The notes under the pieces were generated by a model. That model saw nothing but the letters and a program-made list of their open reading frames with translations. It did not search any database and was not told where the DNA came from. This document shows, piece by piece, positions 39,701-53,575 of a stretch of DNA of 64,000 bases (positions are counted from its first letter, which is position 1; the number at the start of each line of letters is the position of its first letter). A program made the position numbers and the translations under genes. This DNA comes from Octopus bimaculoides (taxonomy: Eukaryota): NCBI RefSeq assembly GCF_001194135.2, contig NC_068984.1, positions 83,890,342-83,954,341 of the forward strand, in the 5' to 3' direction.

Positions 39701-42700
39701 GAAGCTGCAGTGTGACCTACAATAGAGAGCAGCTCTCAGATCTGGGGCAATGCTGCAGCTCCTCATATGAACTTTAGACAGCATCCCAGGAAAAAATCCA
39801 GACTGACTGGTTTCAAACTACTCATCAAGGCATTCCAATCTTTGACACATACCTTCTCTTCACTATCTTTTCTACATCTACTATAGTAGTCTCTGTTCTT
39901 CAATGTTGTGCCACTTCTAAACAAAAATTTGTTTGGTATGCATACTGTGTTGAGTCCCCAATCCTACACTATATTTCTAATTCTTTCCCCAGCAGAATAT
40001 CAGCCCTCCATGTGCTAGTTGTTCACATGCAGCTAAAGAACATCAACAACTGCAAGTGTATTGGTATCAAAAGACCTGACAAGGCCAGGGACACAACCCA
40101 TTTCTCCAAACCAAGCTAACAAGATAAATAAATAATAGTCTTGGACAAGGGCATCACTCCAAATTTCACCAGCTAGACAATCTATACTTCTCTCATTTCA
40201 TGATAAATAAATTAAATGCTGATTAAAAATACAGGTATAACAAAAATTACGAACATAAATAATTAAGCTTGAAGACAACACTAATAGTTGTCCAGGACAA
40301 TTAGGCCAGTGGTTAGAACACCAGACTCAGTAGTGGGTAAAACAATGATTGTAGGTTCAAAATGGTCTGAATAACAAACAGTACACACATATATAAGAGA
40401 CAGTATTTGCAATGAAGTATTAGTCGATTTGTATACTCTTACACAAAAGTAGAGAAGCTAAAACAAATAGTGACATTTGGACTACTTTTTGAAATGTAAC
40501 ACAATTTTATCTTACCTGGCTACCAGTAGTTTGATAGTATGTTCCACCAACAGAAGAGTACATAGCGTTAGGAGTATATTCTTGATAACCTGACCTGAAC
40601 ACATTAGAGAGAAAAATAGATATGAAATTATTGAATATTCACAGTTAAGATCAGATCAAGATGTAAGCTATCAAAAAGAAAGCATGAAAACAATGTATAA
40701 AATCTAAGATCAAATGCTAGATGAAAACACAGTGGGGAAACTGAAGGTAATCATGTAGGGCAGACACAAGCATATTTTACCTTCTTTTTTCTTATGCAGA
40801 CACAAGCATATTTTACTTTTTTTTCTTCTTGGATTTGGATGCTAGCTTAGGTGGGATAGTCTAAGCAAATCTGCATATTGTTTGAGTATTGTAATCCATA
40901 ACTTCAGGAGTCAATATTCAACCTTAGATGTATTTCTTACCTCAGAAATTGTTGACTGATGAAATGATTCCATCCACCTTTTGTAATAGGCAGTGAGTAT
41001 ACATATCCCAAAAGACTCTTGTGATCTCATGTGAGTCTAGAATTAAGTAGTTAAAATAACTATACAAGCTAATGAAGGAGTCTCTATATGATGACTTGGC
41101 CTGCTATGAATAGCAGTCAAATTCCTTTCAATCAGACCATCTCTTCTTAAAACAGAGCACATTAGATAATGTTATCAAGGTATCCTGCACATAAGAAAAA
41201 AGGCAGGATGGTCATAGCAGGAACGCATTTGATTGCAAGTCTACTCAAACTGGGCTGGTCTAGGGCTAAACAAAACAATTGTGGAATATTTAATACTACA
41301 TTAACTGAACAACAAAAGAAGAACATTGTAATTAGCAATGTAATATATAACAAGAAGCAGTCATTAGGACATACTGTAATAATTCAAACAGGCAGGCATT
41401 TATTTATGTTGCTTTTCTTAATCTCTTAGGATTGTTTGTTGCAATTGTGATGAATTCATATGTCCTCATGATCAGTTTCCAAAATTATATTATCTTTTAT
41501 CATTTGCTTAAGAGAGATAATATGCCCAAAGGTTTGCAGTTTTCATCAGTGTTATTTTGATTCAGGAGCTTGAGATAACTGGCTTGTTGAAACTGTATTA
41601 GCCTTCCCATTAAAAACTGAATTAGGAAGTAGTGGTAAGGGTATATTTCAATCATCAGCACTTTGAAACTAATGAGTTATTTTCTTTTTCAACAATAAAT
41701 CATCAACAGAGCTTAGAGCACTGAACAAAGGTGAATAATGAGAAGAGGTATATGAATGATAAAATGAGAAGTTGCTTTTCTTAATGTTAAATATACAATA
41801 CTGTTAAATACAGGAGTCGCCTATTTTAATCTTACAATATCAAGTGATAATGCCAAGGTTTTGTTGATTGTATAAGTTGGCCAGTTGTAATTTTGATGAA
41901 GTTAGAGTCAGTGAATACTTGACATTTTGAAGGCTTGTCAAATATGATAAGAAGTTTGTTTTCCAACCAAGTGGTTCCAGGTTCAGTCTCACTGTGTGGC
42001 ACCCTGGGTTAGTGTCTACTACTATAGCCCCGGGTCGACCAAAGTCTTGCAAATGGGGTCGATTTGTTTGACTAAAACCCTTCAAGGTGCTGCTCAAACA
42101 CAGTTGCAGTCCAATGAGTGAAACAGGTAAAATATGAAAACACATTATTAAATTTTGAATAAGGACAGTCAAACATGGAAGTAATTCAATTTGAAGAGTC
42201 AAAAATAGTGGTGATACAGATATTCTGAAACAACAGAATCAAATATTCTACAGACTTATAGATCTAGGTTTTTGAGATAGTTTGGAGTATGATTTAATAC
42301 TTTGCATTTTCATAATACCTTCATGAATCAAAAACAAATCCCAACAAATACCAATAAACCACCATTGATTTCACCCATCTGCAGTGCCCTAAAGAAATTT
42401 CAATTTAGGCATTTGATGAAATGATACTGTTGATAATACTATTGGGTTATGCAGAACCTTCTCTACAGATATTTAACATTTTTGACACACACAAAGAGTT
42501 TTAGCATCAACTAAAGTTAATGTCCCAAAAGCAATAACAAAAGACTATGGCCACCCATAAACTCATAATAAACTCTACCACCTCAACTGTAGGTAAAGCA
42601 TCCTGTAAAAGGCTTGTTAGCTTTATAAGAGAACTTCTCTAAAACCACTTCTACAAATGATATAGGATATTTACAATATTTGGATATTTGTCAAAGAGAA

Positions 42701-45161
42701 CTAACAAAGTCACGAACAGGTTGTCAAAGGCTGTTGTTTCAATGAATATAGTTTTACTTGTTTCAAACTAGATAATAAATTTATCAACGGCTTCAGCAGA
42801 ATTATTCCTTCAAATAAAAGAGTTGATTTTTATTGATGCTGAAATTGGTTATAGTATACGAAATGTAAAAATTTTGCAATCCATAATCTCAAGGAGTCAG
42901 TATCTAACCATAGACATATTTCCCCACTTCAGAAGTTATTGCTTAATGAAGCCATTTCATCCACCATTTATAAGAAATAGGAAGCAAGTATAATTCTGCT
43001 GTCAGTAATTAGCAAAATAATATAAGACAATTATAAAAATAACCAATACTACAATAGATCACAAGTGTCCTATGCACATATTTGTCTTTTTTAATAGCAA
43101 ACCAACCAACCAACTGTGAAGTATGGGATAGTGCTTGTAATCATCCAGGTAGATTTGACTAAATGTTACAAGCTATATCTTTCAATAAATAGTGCAGAAA
43201 TGGTGAAATATAAAAATAATGTTAAAGTGTATTAGTAACTTATGAAATATGCATAACTTGATAGACACATATACATGCATGCATGTGTGACTATGTATGC
43301 ATGCATGCATGTATGCAATAACCAAACAATGAGAAACATCAAATATTAATGTACAACTGAGAGGAGAAAGAATGGAAACATACAAAAATATCAAGGACAT
43401 ATAAAACTTTATCACTGTTTCCTCAACACACTCTTACTTCTTTCTCATACTTACCCCACTTCATCATTTGTAAACACCCTATCTTCTTCAACTCTATTGA
43501 TCACATTGTCTCTTTTGTCTTTGGTATACAAGGCAACCTCACTAGTGTTGGTGTTATAATAAAATGCACCTAACACACTCAGTAATGTGATTAACGTCTG
43601 AACAGAGAACATAGGGTCAAGAAACACATTAGTATTGTCTTGTCAGGACTTGATAACCTCTCTAGTATTGGTGCTATCATAAAATGCATGCAGAACACTT
43701 TGTAATGCCAAACATTCAACAGAACTTTAAAAAGATAAAGCTTGCAATACAAAACTGGCAACAGTCAACAAATTGAGGGCAGCCATTAAACAATAATGTA
43801 CACAAATACTGAACAAAATGTTTCTTGATAATTGCGATTCCATTACTTTGCGTTATCAGTAGTGCCTGCACCAGAATGGTCATCAGTTTGAAAATAGGTG
43901 TTCATAAAAAGAATGAAATTCTGCCTGTAGATTCTATTAAATTTTGAGAATGAAATATGTGTACATTCTTTTTTGCATACCCTGTGCATAAGCCAATGGT
44001 TGATTTGTTATGAAAGAACATTTTTCCAAGGTGCAACACAGTGGTTGCAAGGCAAGTCTCTCTGTTCCTGTTACTCATCCATACCTGTTTTTTCAAGAAA
44101 AGGATTTCTTATTTCACATGTCTTCGAAGGTGAAAATGAGTGGATATGTTGATAGAAGTGACAACAACAACACTACTCCTAGCTTGACACAAAGGCGCAC
44201 ACACACACACACACACATAAATATACATGATGGGATTCTTTCAGTTACTGTTACCAAATACTATAGTCAAAGGCTTTAGTTGGCCTGGAACTGTAGAAAA
44301 TGACCTTGCTCAAGGTGCTGTGCAGTGGGGCTAAATCTTGAAACACATGGTTAGAAAACGAACCTTTAACCATGCCTGCAATCTATTGATTGTACAATTA
44401 ACCTTATCTTTAGAATTTTTATTTACAGCTTGCTCTGTTCAATATATTCACTAATTACCTTCATATAACCTATTTCCCACAAATCTATATTTGCATGTGC
44501 TAAGACTGGATGAAGGATCTACTCTCTTACACATGCACGCGTATGCACACACACACATACTCTCTCAGTGGTTAACTACTTTTGATGTATTCAAATATAC
44601 TTAAGTATGTGTATACCTGAATACATCACAATTTTCACCTCATATTCTGCACACTGCCTTCCAATATCCATTTTAACTCTACTGATTATAATAGGAACCA
44701 ATAATAATTATTACTGGTTATAGAAAGGGATTTAGATGTAATGATTCTCAAATTGTTTTGCTAAGGATTTAGATGACACTATTAGAGACATGATGCATTT
44801 AGAAGAAATGTAGAGAAGCAGTTGCAAATTAATTGTACTGTGTGCTGTCACACACTTCAAATCTAAAATAAAACATGCTTTAAAGGTAGATCTTCACCTT
44901 CCTGAGCAATTTGATTACAATTAAATGTGAGATAGAAGTTTAAAGTAAAAGAAAGTCAAAGATTAATACAAGTATTTCACTAATTATTGCCCTGACCAAT
45001 CTACATACAGCATGGTACATTAAGTAGTATTAAAGAAAAATGAAGCTGAAACTTACACCATATCAAAGATATGAAAAGTCATATATCAAATGTGAAAAAA
45101 ATTGCATTATACACACACAAACAAATATGTTTGGGTTATAAGTACATCGTATGTATGTATA

Positions 45162-45202
<41 letters not shown>

Positions 45203-46268
45203 ATATATATATTCACAGAAAATATTGAACATTTACACAAAAGCAACCAAAGCTCTCTGGGTAGGCAGTTGAAGAGTTGTCCCTACAAGATTAGAAAGAG
45301 AAAGCTGGTTAGAAAAAGTTTCCATTAAATTAGCAGAAGGCTTCAGCTGATCTGTGATTTCTGAGACGCAGACCAATAGAGCCAAAATGACAGAGTTGCA
45401 ATATTATGGTAAATGTGCAGCAGTGCAGTTAGCAAGAGTAATAAAAAAATTTTTTTTAAATCATGGAAAAGCTTCATAAGGCTTTGTCAAAGTGCTCTAC
45501 AACTGATCTGGTTCAGGAAACACACAGCTGTTTTTGATTTTCTCTCTCTCCCCCTCTCTCTGTCACACTCAAGTAAAATGTAAGAATTGCTGATGAATTT
45601 ATAAAGTATTTTAAAAAATAAGTTCTGCCTCTAACAGCTTACAATTATGACTAGTGATAATTATACATTTACAAAAGCATCAGTAAATGACAATTACAAT
45701 TTTTCCCTTTTAGTTTTTCAAAATGTATTAACATTTATTGCCAGAAGTAGAACATGACTTTCACAGAGAGCACACAGCAGAGACTAACCATGTGCTACCA
45801 TGTATTTCATTTGGCCATTAAAAAATAATTTAAAACTCTAATCCAGAGTAAAACAAACAGAACTGATAACCAAAGTATCTAAACTTATAAAAATATAACG
45901 GATAATAGTTATACTAAAAAACTGAGGCCACAATGTTTAAAGTAATAATAATTTGATATAAAACTATAAGTAAATTAAAAAAAACAAAAAAAGAAAATAT
46001 TCCACAGGTTTTTCATCTTTTTGTTGTTTAAAGGAGATTAATATTCTCAAAATAAAAGTTAACTTCCAAACATCTTGTAGCCAATCAAATATTCTACAAT
46101 TGTGCATAGTTTTTATTCATTGTAATGAAATGCTTCTTATGTATCATAGATTAAAGAATTTAATGTAAATGATATAAGGCATTGTATATAACAATTTGAC
46201 AATATACAATATATCTAATGTAACATCTTATATATTCTCTAAGTCTAACCAAAATCTGATCCCCACAC

Positions 46269-46302
<34 letters not shown>

Positions 46303-49300
46303 TGCTCATTCTGTGTTTCTTTTATACATTTTGCATGTGAAGTAAGTTGAAGACAATGAAACAGAAAACATTTCCTAGTTTTATATTCAAACCTAAAAGT
46401 CTTTTTGCTTGGTGAAGAAGCTAACAGACCAGCATCATAAGTGTATATGAATATTGCTCACAGTATATTAAATAGGAAGGTATTGAGGAAAAATATATCA
46501 TTATCACTGATGAAGAAATGTACAATGGGGTTTCAAATATAATGCACTAGATTCATAGACCATTGTGCCATACTGAACTGATTATTTGATTATTTTCAAC
46601 AGTTTTCCACTAACTTATCAGTCTTCAACTCAGTATACTTCAGATTATATACTAGTTATTATTTTAAAATATTTTTCTCTGTGAATGAAATGCATATTTT
46701 AAGGAGTATTTATAAGAGTTTAAATCCACAACCATCTAAAATAGCTGAAGAATAAAAGCAAATTAAGTACAAGGAAGATTTAAAAAACGCTAATTTACCT
46801 CAAACTAAATTTAAATTATCAATAATTTAATTATGATAAATATATAGCTTAATATTAAAAAAATATTAAAATGGATTATATTGAAACATAAAACTCAACA
46901 AATGATCCTCACTAATAATGTTAAATTAGTACTAATTTCCTGTACTGACACAAAGCCACAGATTTTGAGTAAGAGTACAGGCAATTTAATTAACCTTCAT
47001 ATTTTATCAACATGAGAAAAATTAAAAGGTAGTGGTACTTAAATTCAGAACATAAAGACCAGTAACTAAATTTCCACAAGCATTTTTACTCTACTGATTT
47101 TATTATCCAAAGCCCTTGTTTAATTGATATTAACCATTTAATTTAAATGCTTATATCCACAAATAATACTAAAAAAAAAAAAAACAGAGCCTTCCAAAAT
47201 CCTGGTAACAATTTAACAACTGATATGTAAAGAAAAAACTAGTCAAACTAAAACCTGCATTTGAAATCTGGAGTTTTCTTAATTACCTACAATTAACAAA
47301 TTAATACACATAAAGCTTTCAACTTATAGTTTTAAACTAGCAGAAAATTTTGTATTGTGAAGAAAAAGATCTAACTTGACAAATTCTAACTGTAGAGTAA
47401 AACATAGTCAGGATGGCCTAAGAGCTGTTAAATAAAGGCATATGAAGTAAGTAATTATTTGCTTCATGCCCAAATTTAAGCCTAAGTAGCAAAAGCAAAT
47501 AGCAAATTACCAACAAAAGCAGGAGGAAAAAAACAAAACAAAACAACTAACAGATGCATGCAAGCCAAATAGTTTTAGCCAACAAATTCACATCTAAATT
47601 CATCAACAATTCAGTCGTACATTTGGCCATTGGCAGCTGAGTAGATAGCTTGGTCATTGGCTTCTACGTACTGGACATGTGCAGAATACACTGTTTGACC
47701 AGGTTGCTGGATGGATGCCTGTTCATGGACCTGCTCAGCAGTTGACTCGGGAACTGAGGCTGAAACAAACAAAAGATGGGGGAAAAACATTCTAACAAAG
47801 AGAACAGTGGAAATGTAATAATTTACTTCTATTTTAAATGTTGCAATAAGTTTCAAACTAGAATATTATTGAAAATGAAAGAAGAAAAAGAAAGGAATCT
47901 TGCATGGAAGGTTGGTTTAATATTTCTTTGAAAGAATTTTAGATATATGCTTCAAAGAAAAAAATTTTTAACAATGAAAATAAAGATTGATAAAAAAAAA
48001 GACAACTTATGGAATTGATATAGTAGAATAGGTGAAAAGTGGGAACATTTAAACAATTTTAACTGCTAAATGTCACTCAAAGCATGCTAAATAAGAAAAG
48101 ACCAGTGAACACATTCGTACTTGCTAAAACATTTCTATCCAAAAAAATTCGAGTAATTAGACCATTAGATTGGAAATGCATTAAATTTGTGGGTAAAAGA
48201 GTTGACCAACTCAAAAGAGGTTTGCTGTAGCAGAATACAAAAATTAAAAATTACTTAAAAGTTATTCTCATGACCTATAGCTCTCATTTCTCCACTATTT
48301 TACTATATAATGCTACCCAAGTAACAAGCGATGGCACTAGACTTGTCTGAAACCAGTCACTTACCATCATCTCTATCACTAAGATAGATGCCTATGAAAA
48401 ACAGATGCATTGAATTTGCATGTAATCAATACACTCTACTATGATCCTTTTCTGTACTACCAATCACCCATCATCGCTCATTTCAATAACTACCTATCAT
48501 GTAATCTTTCTTCCAAACTAGCAGTAGCTAATTTGTTATTATGGAAGAGAGATACAATGATATACTTCTATCATTCATTCTTTCTCCCATATATTCCCTC
48601 ATGCAAATGGAGATGCTGTAAGGTCTCTCTCAACTATGTGGGGGCAAAAGACAGCCATGTTGGTGCTACAATAAAATACACCCACCACACGCTGCAGAGT
48701 GGATAGAAAATAACAAGTATTGAGAGGACCCTTTAGCTTATCTGAAGGCATGACAACCACTCTAGTGTTGCTATCACACCCAGTACATTCTGTAAAATGG
48801 TTGGTGTTAGACAGGGCATCCAACTGTAGAAACCCTGTTTAACATAGGACTCATGATAAAGAAAGTCTTTTGTCTTATATCAGAGGACAGTAGCTCCAAA
48901 TAAGGACATGTGGTGTGATGACTCATTTAACTAGCATAGAAAGCAGATGTATAATGACGATAATTTTCTTACAAAAGAATTCAATTGCTTAAAATGTTAG
49001 GTACACACACACGCATAAATAATATCTTAACTACATTTTAGAGCCATTCTGGCCATCTAATAGCGCAAAAAGCCTGCTACATTCACTTTCCATTTATTTC
49101 AAAAAGTAAAAATAACAATTTTTTCTTTGTGTTTTAGAAGGCTCTAGCCTTGCCCCTTTCATGAAGTAATTGCTTCAGTTTCAGCACACAATCTCAGAGC
49201 AGGTCACTTGCCAAACTAGTACAATCTGAACTGTATATATATATATATATATATNNNNNNNNNNNNNNNNNNNNNNNNNNNNNNNNNNNNNNNNNNNNNN

Positions 49301-52300
49301 NNNNNNNNNNNNNNNNNNNNNNNNNNNNNNNNNNNNNNNNNNNNNNNNNNNNNNNNNNNNNNNNNNNNNNNNNNNNNNNNNNNNNNNNNNNNNNNNNNNN
49401 NNNNNNNNNNNNNNNNNNNNTATATATATACATATATGTACACATACACACACAATATACCAACTATAGTCAGTAAGAAAGTAATAAAAACATTACAATT
49501 CTAAGTTCAAACCAACCCTGTCAATGACAGTGGCAGTATTATCTACAGATACCTGACATTCAGAAATTCCCTGCTCACTCTACATATTCCACAACAAACT
49601 TGTAAACCACAAGGCTATCCAGATATGAGGTAACAGCAATCCATGCAAATATTCAAAAATCATCCTGTATTATCATACAGAGAGATGCTAAAAATACTGA
49701 ATGACAGTGAGAAGGAAAGCAGAAAGAGTAACAGGCAGAATTTTAATTTGAGAAGTTCTAGTTTCCAGCCATTTGGCCGTGGCCATGCCAAGGTACCAAA
49801 CTAAAAAAAAAAAGTCAGTAGCAAAATTACAAGTCAGGTATTTAAAAATATATAGTCAGAGAAGGAAGGGAAATACACATGACCTTTGTTAGATTATAAG
49901 GTTGATGTGGAGGTTGAACTTAGGTGTGCTGATGTCTGTAGGAAAAAAAACCTGAGCAAGGACTGAGTTACAGTGGACTACAGTTTGGGAAAGGAATAAT
50001 TGGGAAAAGTGTCAAGTAGCTTCTATAGATCAGGTGGCTTTTCAGTGAAGGTGGTAGACAGTCTGCTAGTTCAGAGAAGCAAAAAAAGCCATTACAGCAG
50101 CCTCAGTCAGCTAGATGGCCTCTTACTGATCTTTGTGTGTGTAGCAGCAGTGCTGTTCAGATATATAAATAATACTTTAATGTGAGTTGCACTTGTGCTT
50201 TGTAGACTATCAGTAACTGATTAGGAGATTAAGATTTAAGTATTTTGGGGTATTGATAAGAAAGTCTAGTCTTAAGGCTGATTCAGTTGATTACACTCCT
50301 CATTCAAAATGTTCAGCCTTGTATCAATAACTAACACAATTGATCTCAGTAGAATTTAAGTGCAAGACAAAATACTGCAAGGTTTTTAATTCAGTATTCT
50401 ACAATTTCTATACAGAAGTTGATAAAATAAACTACACTCTAACCACAACAAAAACTGGTATTCATACACAGTCAAAAGAAATTATTACTAATATTATTAT
50501 ATTAGCACTGTAATAGAAATAATTGTCTGATAGATATTTGTGACAAGCAACAGAATGGTGAATGTTGTTATATCCACAGTGTGGTAGGATTTGTGACAGC
50601 ACTAGAATGGTGTGTGTGTATGTGTGTCATTTGCACACACCCATCACCAGTGATGAGTGTGTAAATGAGTTAGACTGATGAGTGTTGTGATTTGTGAATG
50701 CAGTATTCTTTTTAGACATATGTGAGAAGCACAGTCCCAACTGTTTTACATAATATAATTAAGCTCAACTAGAACAACTTTTTAAACATCTGGAAGTGTT
50801 AAGACAATGAAAATAAACAGAAATGCATTAGAAAATAGTGATCTATATTAGAAGACAAACATTTCAAAGTTAGTGCATTTCAGTGCATCTGTTAGTTTGC
50901 CTAGTAAACTATTTCAGCAAGCCCTGGTAGATAGTGGTTAATAAGAACAAAACAATAAATTAATAAAGAAATTCACAAATTGTTGAAAGATAAAAATCAT
51001 GTAAGACTCAAGAACAAACAAGGCTTTAAAATTTCAAGACAATTTACTATTCTACATTAATAAGATGCTAGATGAAGCAAAATATTTTTGTCGAAACCTA
51101 ACACAACCTACCTGAATGATTTTATGTCAGTACTAGCAGAGTCATAAGCAGGTTGTGTGATACTAAACTCTTTAAGGGTATCTTTGTAACTTTGTTGCAA
51201 ATATCAATCTGATTTATCTTTCTTATTAGGTTGATTTTCTGGAGGAAAGCACAATTCAATTACTATTTTTATGCTCAAATGCTTTACGCCTTAAGAAATT
51301 ACACAAATCAATAACTAGATAAGCTGTCAGACTCCTAGTTATTGGGTCCCGTGTATGTCTCCTGTTGAAAACAATGTATTATTTCCCTAATCTTGAATTC
51401 AAATTTACACCAAATTGCTGCCACCACCACCAGTAACATTTGACTTACAATACCTGATAAGCAGTACAATGAGACAATGGTGGAATGTATCTATGATATT
51501 GGTAGGTCAAAATAGTCATGAAAATAGTTGATTATGATAGTCAACACATATGAAATGACAAGAATTAAGAAGATATTATGCTGAGATGACAAATTGTAGT
51601 TGTCCAGCTTATTATTGCACACAAAAAATAAACATTAAAATGATTTATGATGATTGGAATCAGTTTTGTTGCAAGGCTTAGGTTTAAGCTTATGAAGAAT
51701 CAATATCCAATGGGAGGACACCAATGATATGTTTGAGGTCTCGATGGGTCTCAGACTTGACACACATACTGAAAATTTCTACCAAGGATCTCAAAGCAAA
51801 TCAAACCTATTGCTTCAAAAATTCATGCATAAAATCGAAATCTTTAAAGACTATTCCATATAGGCCAACTTGGAAAGGTGGATAAATTTCAAAATGTTCA
51901 AACAATGGTACTGAGAGGGAAAATTTACGACCACATATGTAAGACAAAATTTATTATTAACTTACTGGCAACTATATAAGAATGCCCTGTGTGTGCAGGT
52001 TGAAGAATGGTGGTAGTGGCTTGTGACACTTGAACTTTTTGAATTGGTCCAGCATTCACAGCACTAGTCTGAGGTTGTTGTGTCAGCTGTTGAACAGGCG
52101 CTTGTTGTTGTGGAGCTTGTACTTGGTTTGGTTGAGGCTGCTGCTGTTGCTGTTGCTGTTGTTGTTGTTGTTGCTGCTGCTGCTGAAGTTGTTGTTGCTG
52201 TTGTTGCTGCTGCTGAACAACTTGTGCCTGAGTGACCACAGGTGACTTTGCAGTATTCTTTGTTTAAAAAGATTTAAAAAAAATGTTGATGTAAGTTATA

Positions 52301-53540
52301 GGCAACATTAAAACATTATCAGAGCCATATCATATTTTTATGTTAGTGAAAGACACTTCTAATCAGGAAGAGCAAATGGTACAAGAGTAGTTAGTTGATC
52401 ACTGGTGACATAGAAATTTAAATTAGCAAATTATGACATAAGTTTCGATTTAATTCTCTCAATATGTGAGGAGTTGAAAGTGAAAATGAAGAATTTAGAA
52501 GGATTTGAATTCAACCATAGCCTAGCAAACAATTTGAAAATCAAGAGATAAACAGCATTAGGCAATAACTATTCCATCAATTTTGAATATATTGTCAAAG
52601 ATATTAGGAGTCACACATAGCTTTATGATTTTGGACCGCTGTCATACACAGGAGGGCATGGATGAGAAAAACACCAACCGCTTTGCTTGCAACACCAAGG
52701 CCAAGATTAAAGAGGTGTTTGCAGATCTTCCTAGGGACACAGTGAGGAATGTATGTGCCAAATTTAAGAGCATTCTTGAGGTTGTTGTGGAAGCTGAGAG
52801 CAGCTACTATGGGTAAACTGTTATCTTCCAGCCATAATCTAGTTGATATTTTTTGATTTTTCTAAATAATTTTATTTCTGGATGGGATGATGTATCTCTT
52901 TACCTTTTCAGCAAACTGAAATTTAGCCCAAACATCCTGCATACACATGCACACATACTGCTGCCACTGTCACCACCTCTATCATTTTTTTAATATCCAC
53001 ATCTCATGCTGCCATGACAGAATTCAATGGATTGCATTGTGCTCCAATGTCTGCTTCAGAAACCTGTTGCCTATGTGCATGTTTACATTGTTGTTTATGT
53101 TATGTCTTGTAACCTAGCAGTTTGACAAATAGAAATCAATAAAATAAGTAACAGACTGAAATAAATATTGGGATTAATATGATTGATTAAGCCCTTGGAT
53201 GGCACTACTATTGTATGGTAGCAGTCCAAAATCATACAGCTATGTTTGACTCCTTATGTCATTGACAATATATTCAACACTGATGGATGCTCTTCCTAAT
53301 GCCAACAACTTCATAGAGTGTATAGGGCTAGTGAGGGCACCATGCAAGTTGTAAGACTAAGATTACCTTTTATTTAGTTGAGCTAAGCTAAGAGAGAGGG
53401 GGGAGAGAGAAAGATGCTATGAAATGAAGGGTTAAAATATGAGAGAAGGGGTCAAAACTGAACAAGTTTCTTGTTGTAGGGGAGCTACATCTCACGTTAC
53501 AGAAGAAAGGATAGGATCAACTGGAGTGGAGCTGATATAC

Positions 53541-53575
<35 letters not shown>

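Noticed and set aside
43449-43530. GGG/GTAAGT donor with an open phase-2 frame upstream in intron 3
   Set aside because: No acceptor or convincing start nearby, and it lies in repeat-like sequence.
51449-51453. 5-nt AG-GTATT-GTAAGT micro-exon-like motif in intron 2
   Set aside because: Not frame-preserving and has a weak pyrimidine tract.
52030-52245. Plus-strand poly-Leu ORF, plus other short ORFs rich in YI/CV/HT/K/F repeats
   Set aside because: Antisense reading of the polyQ exon, or translations of microsatellites and homopolymers.
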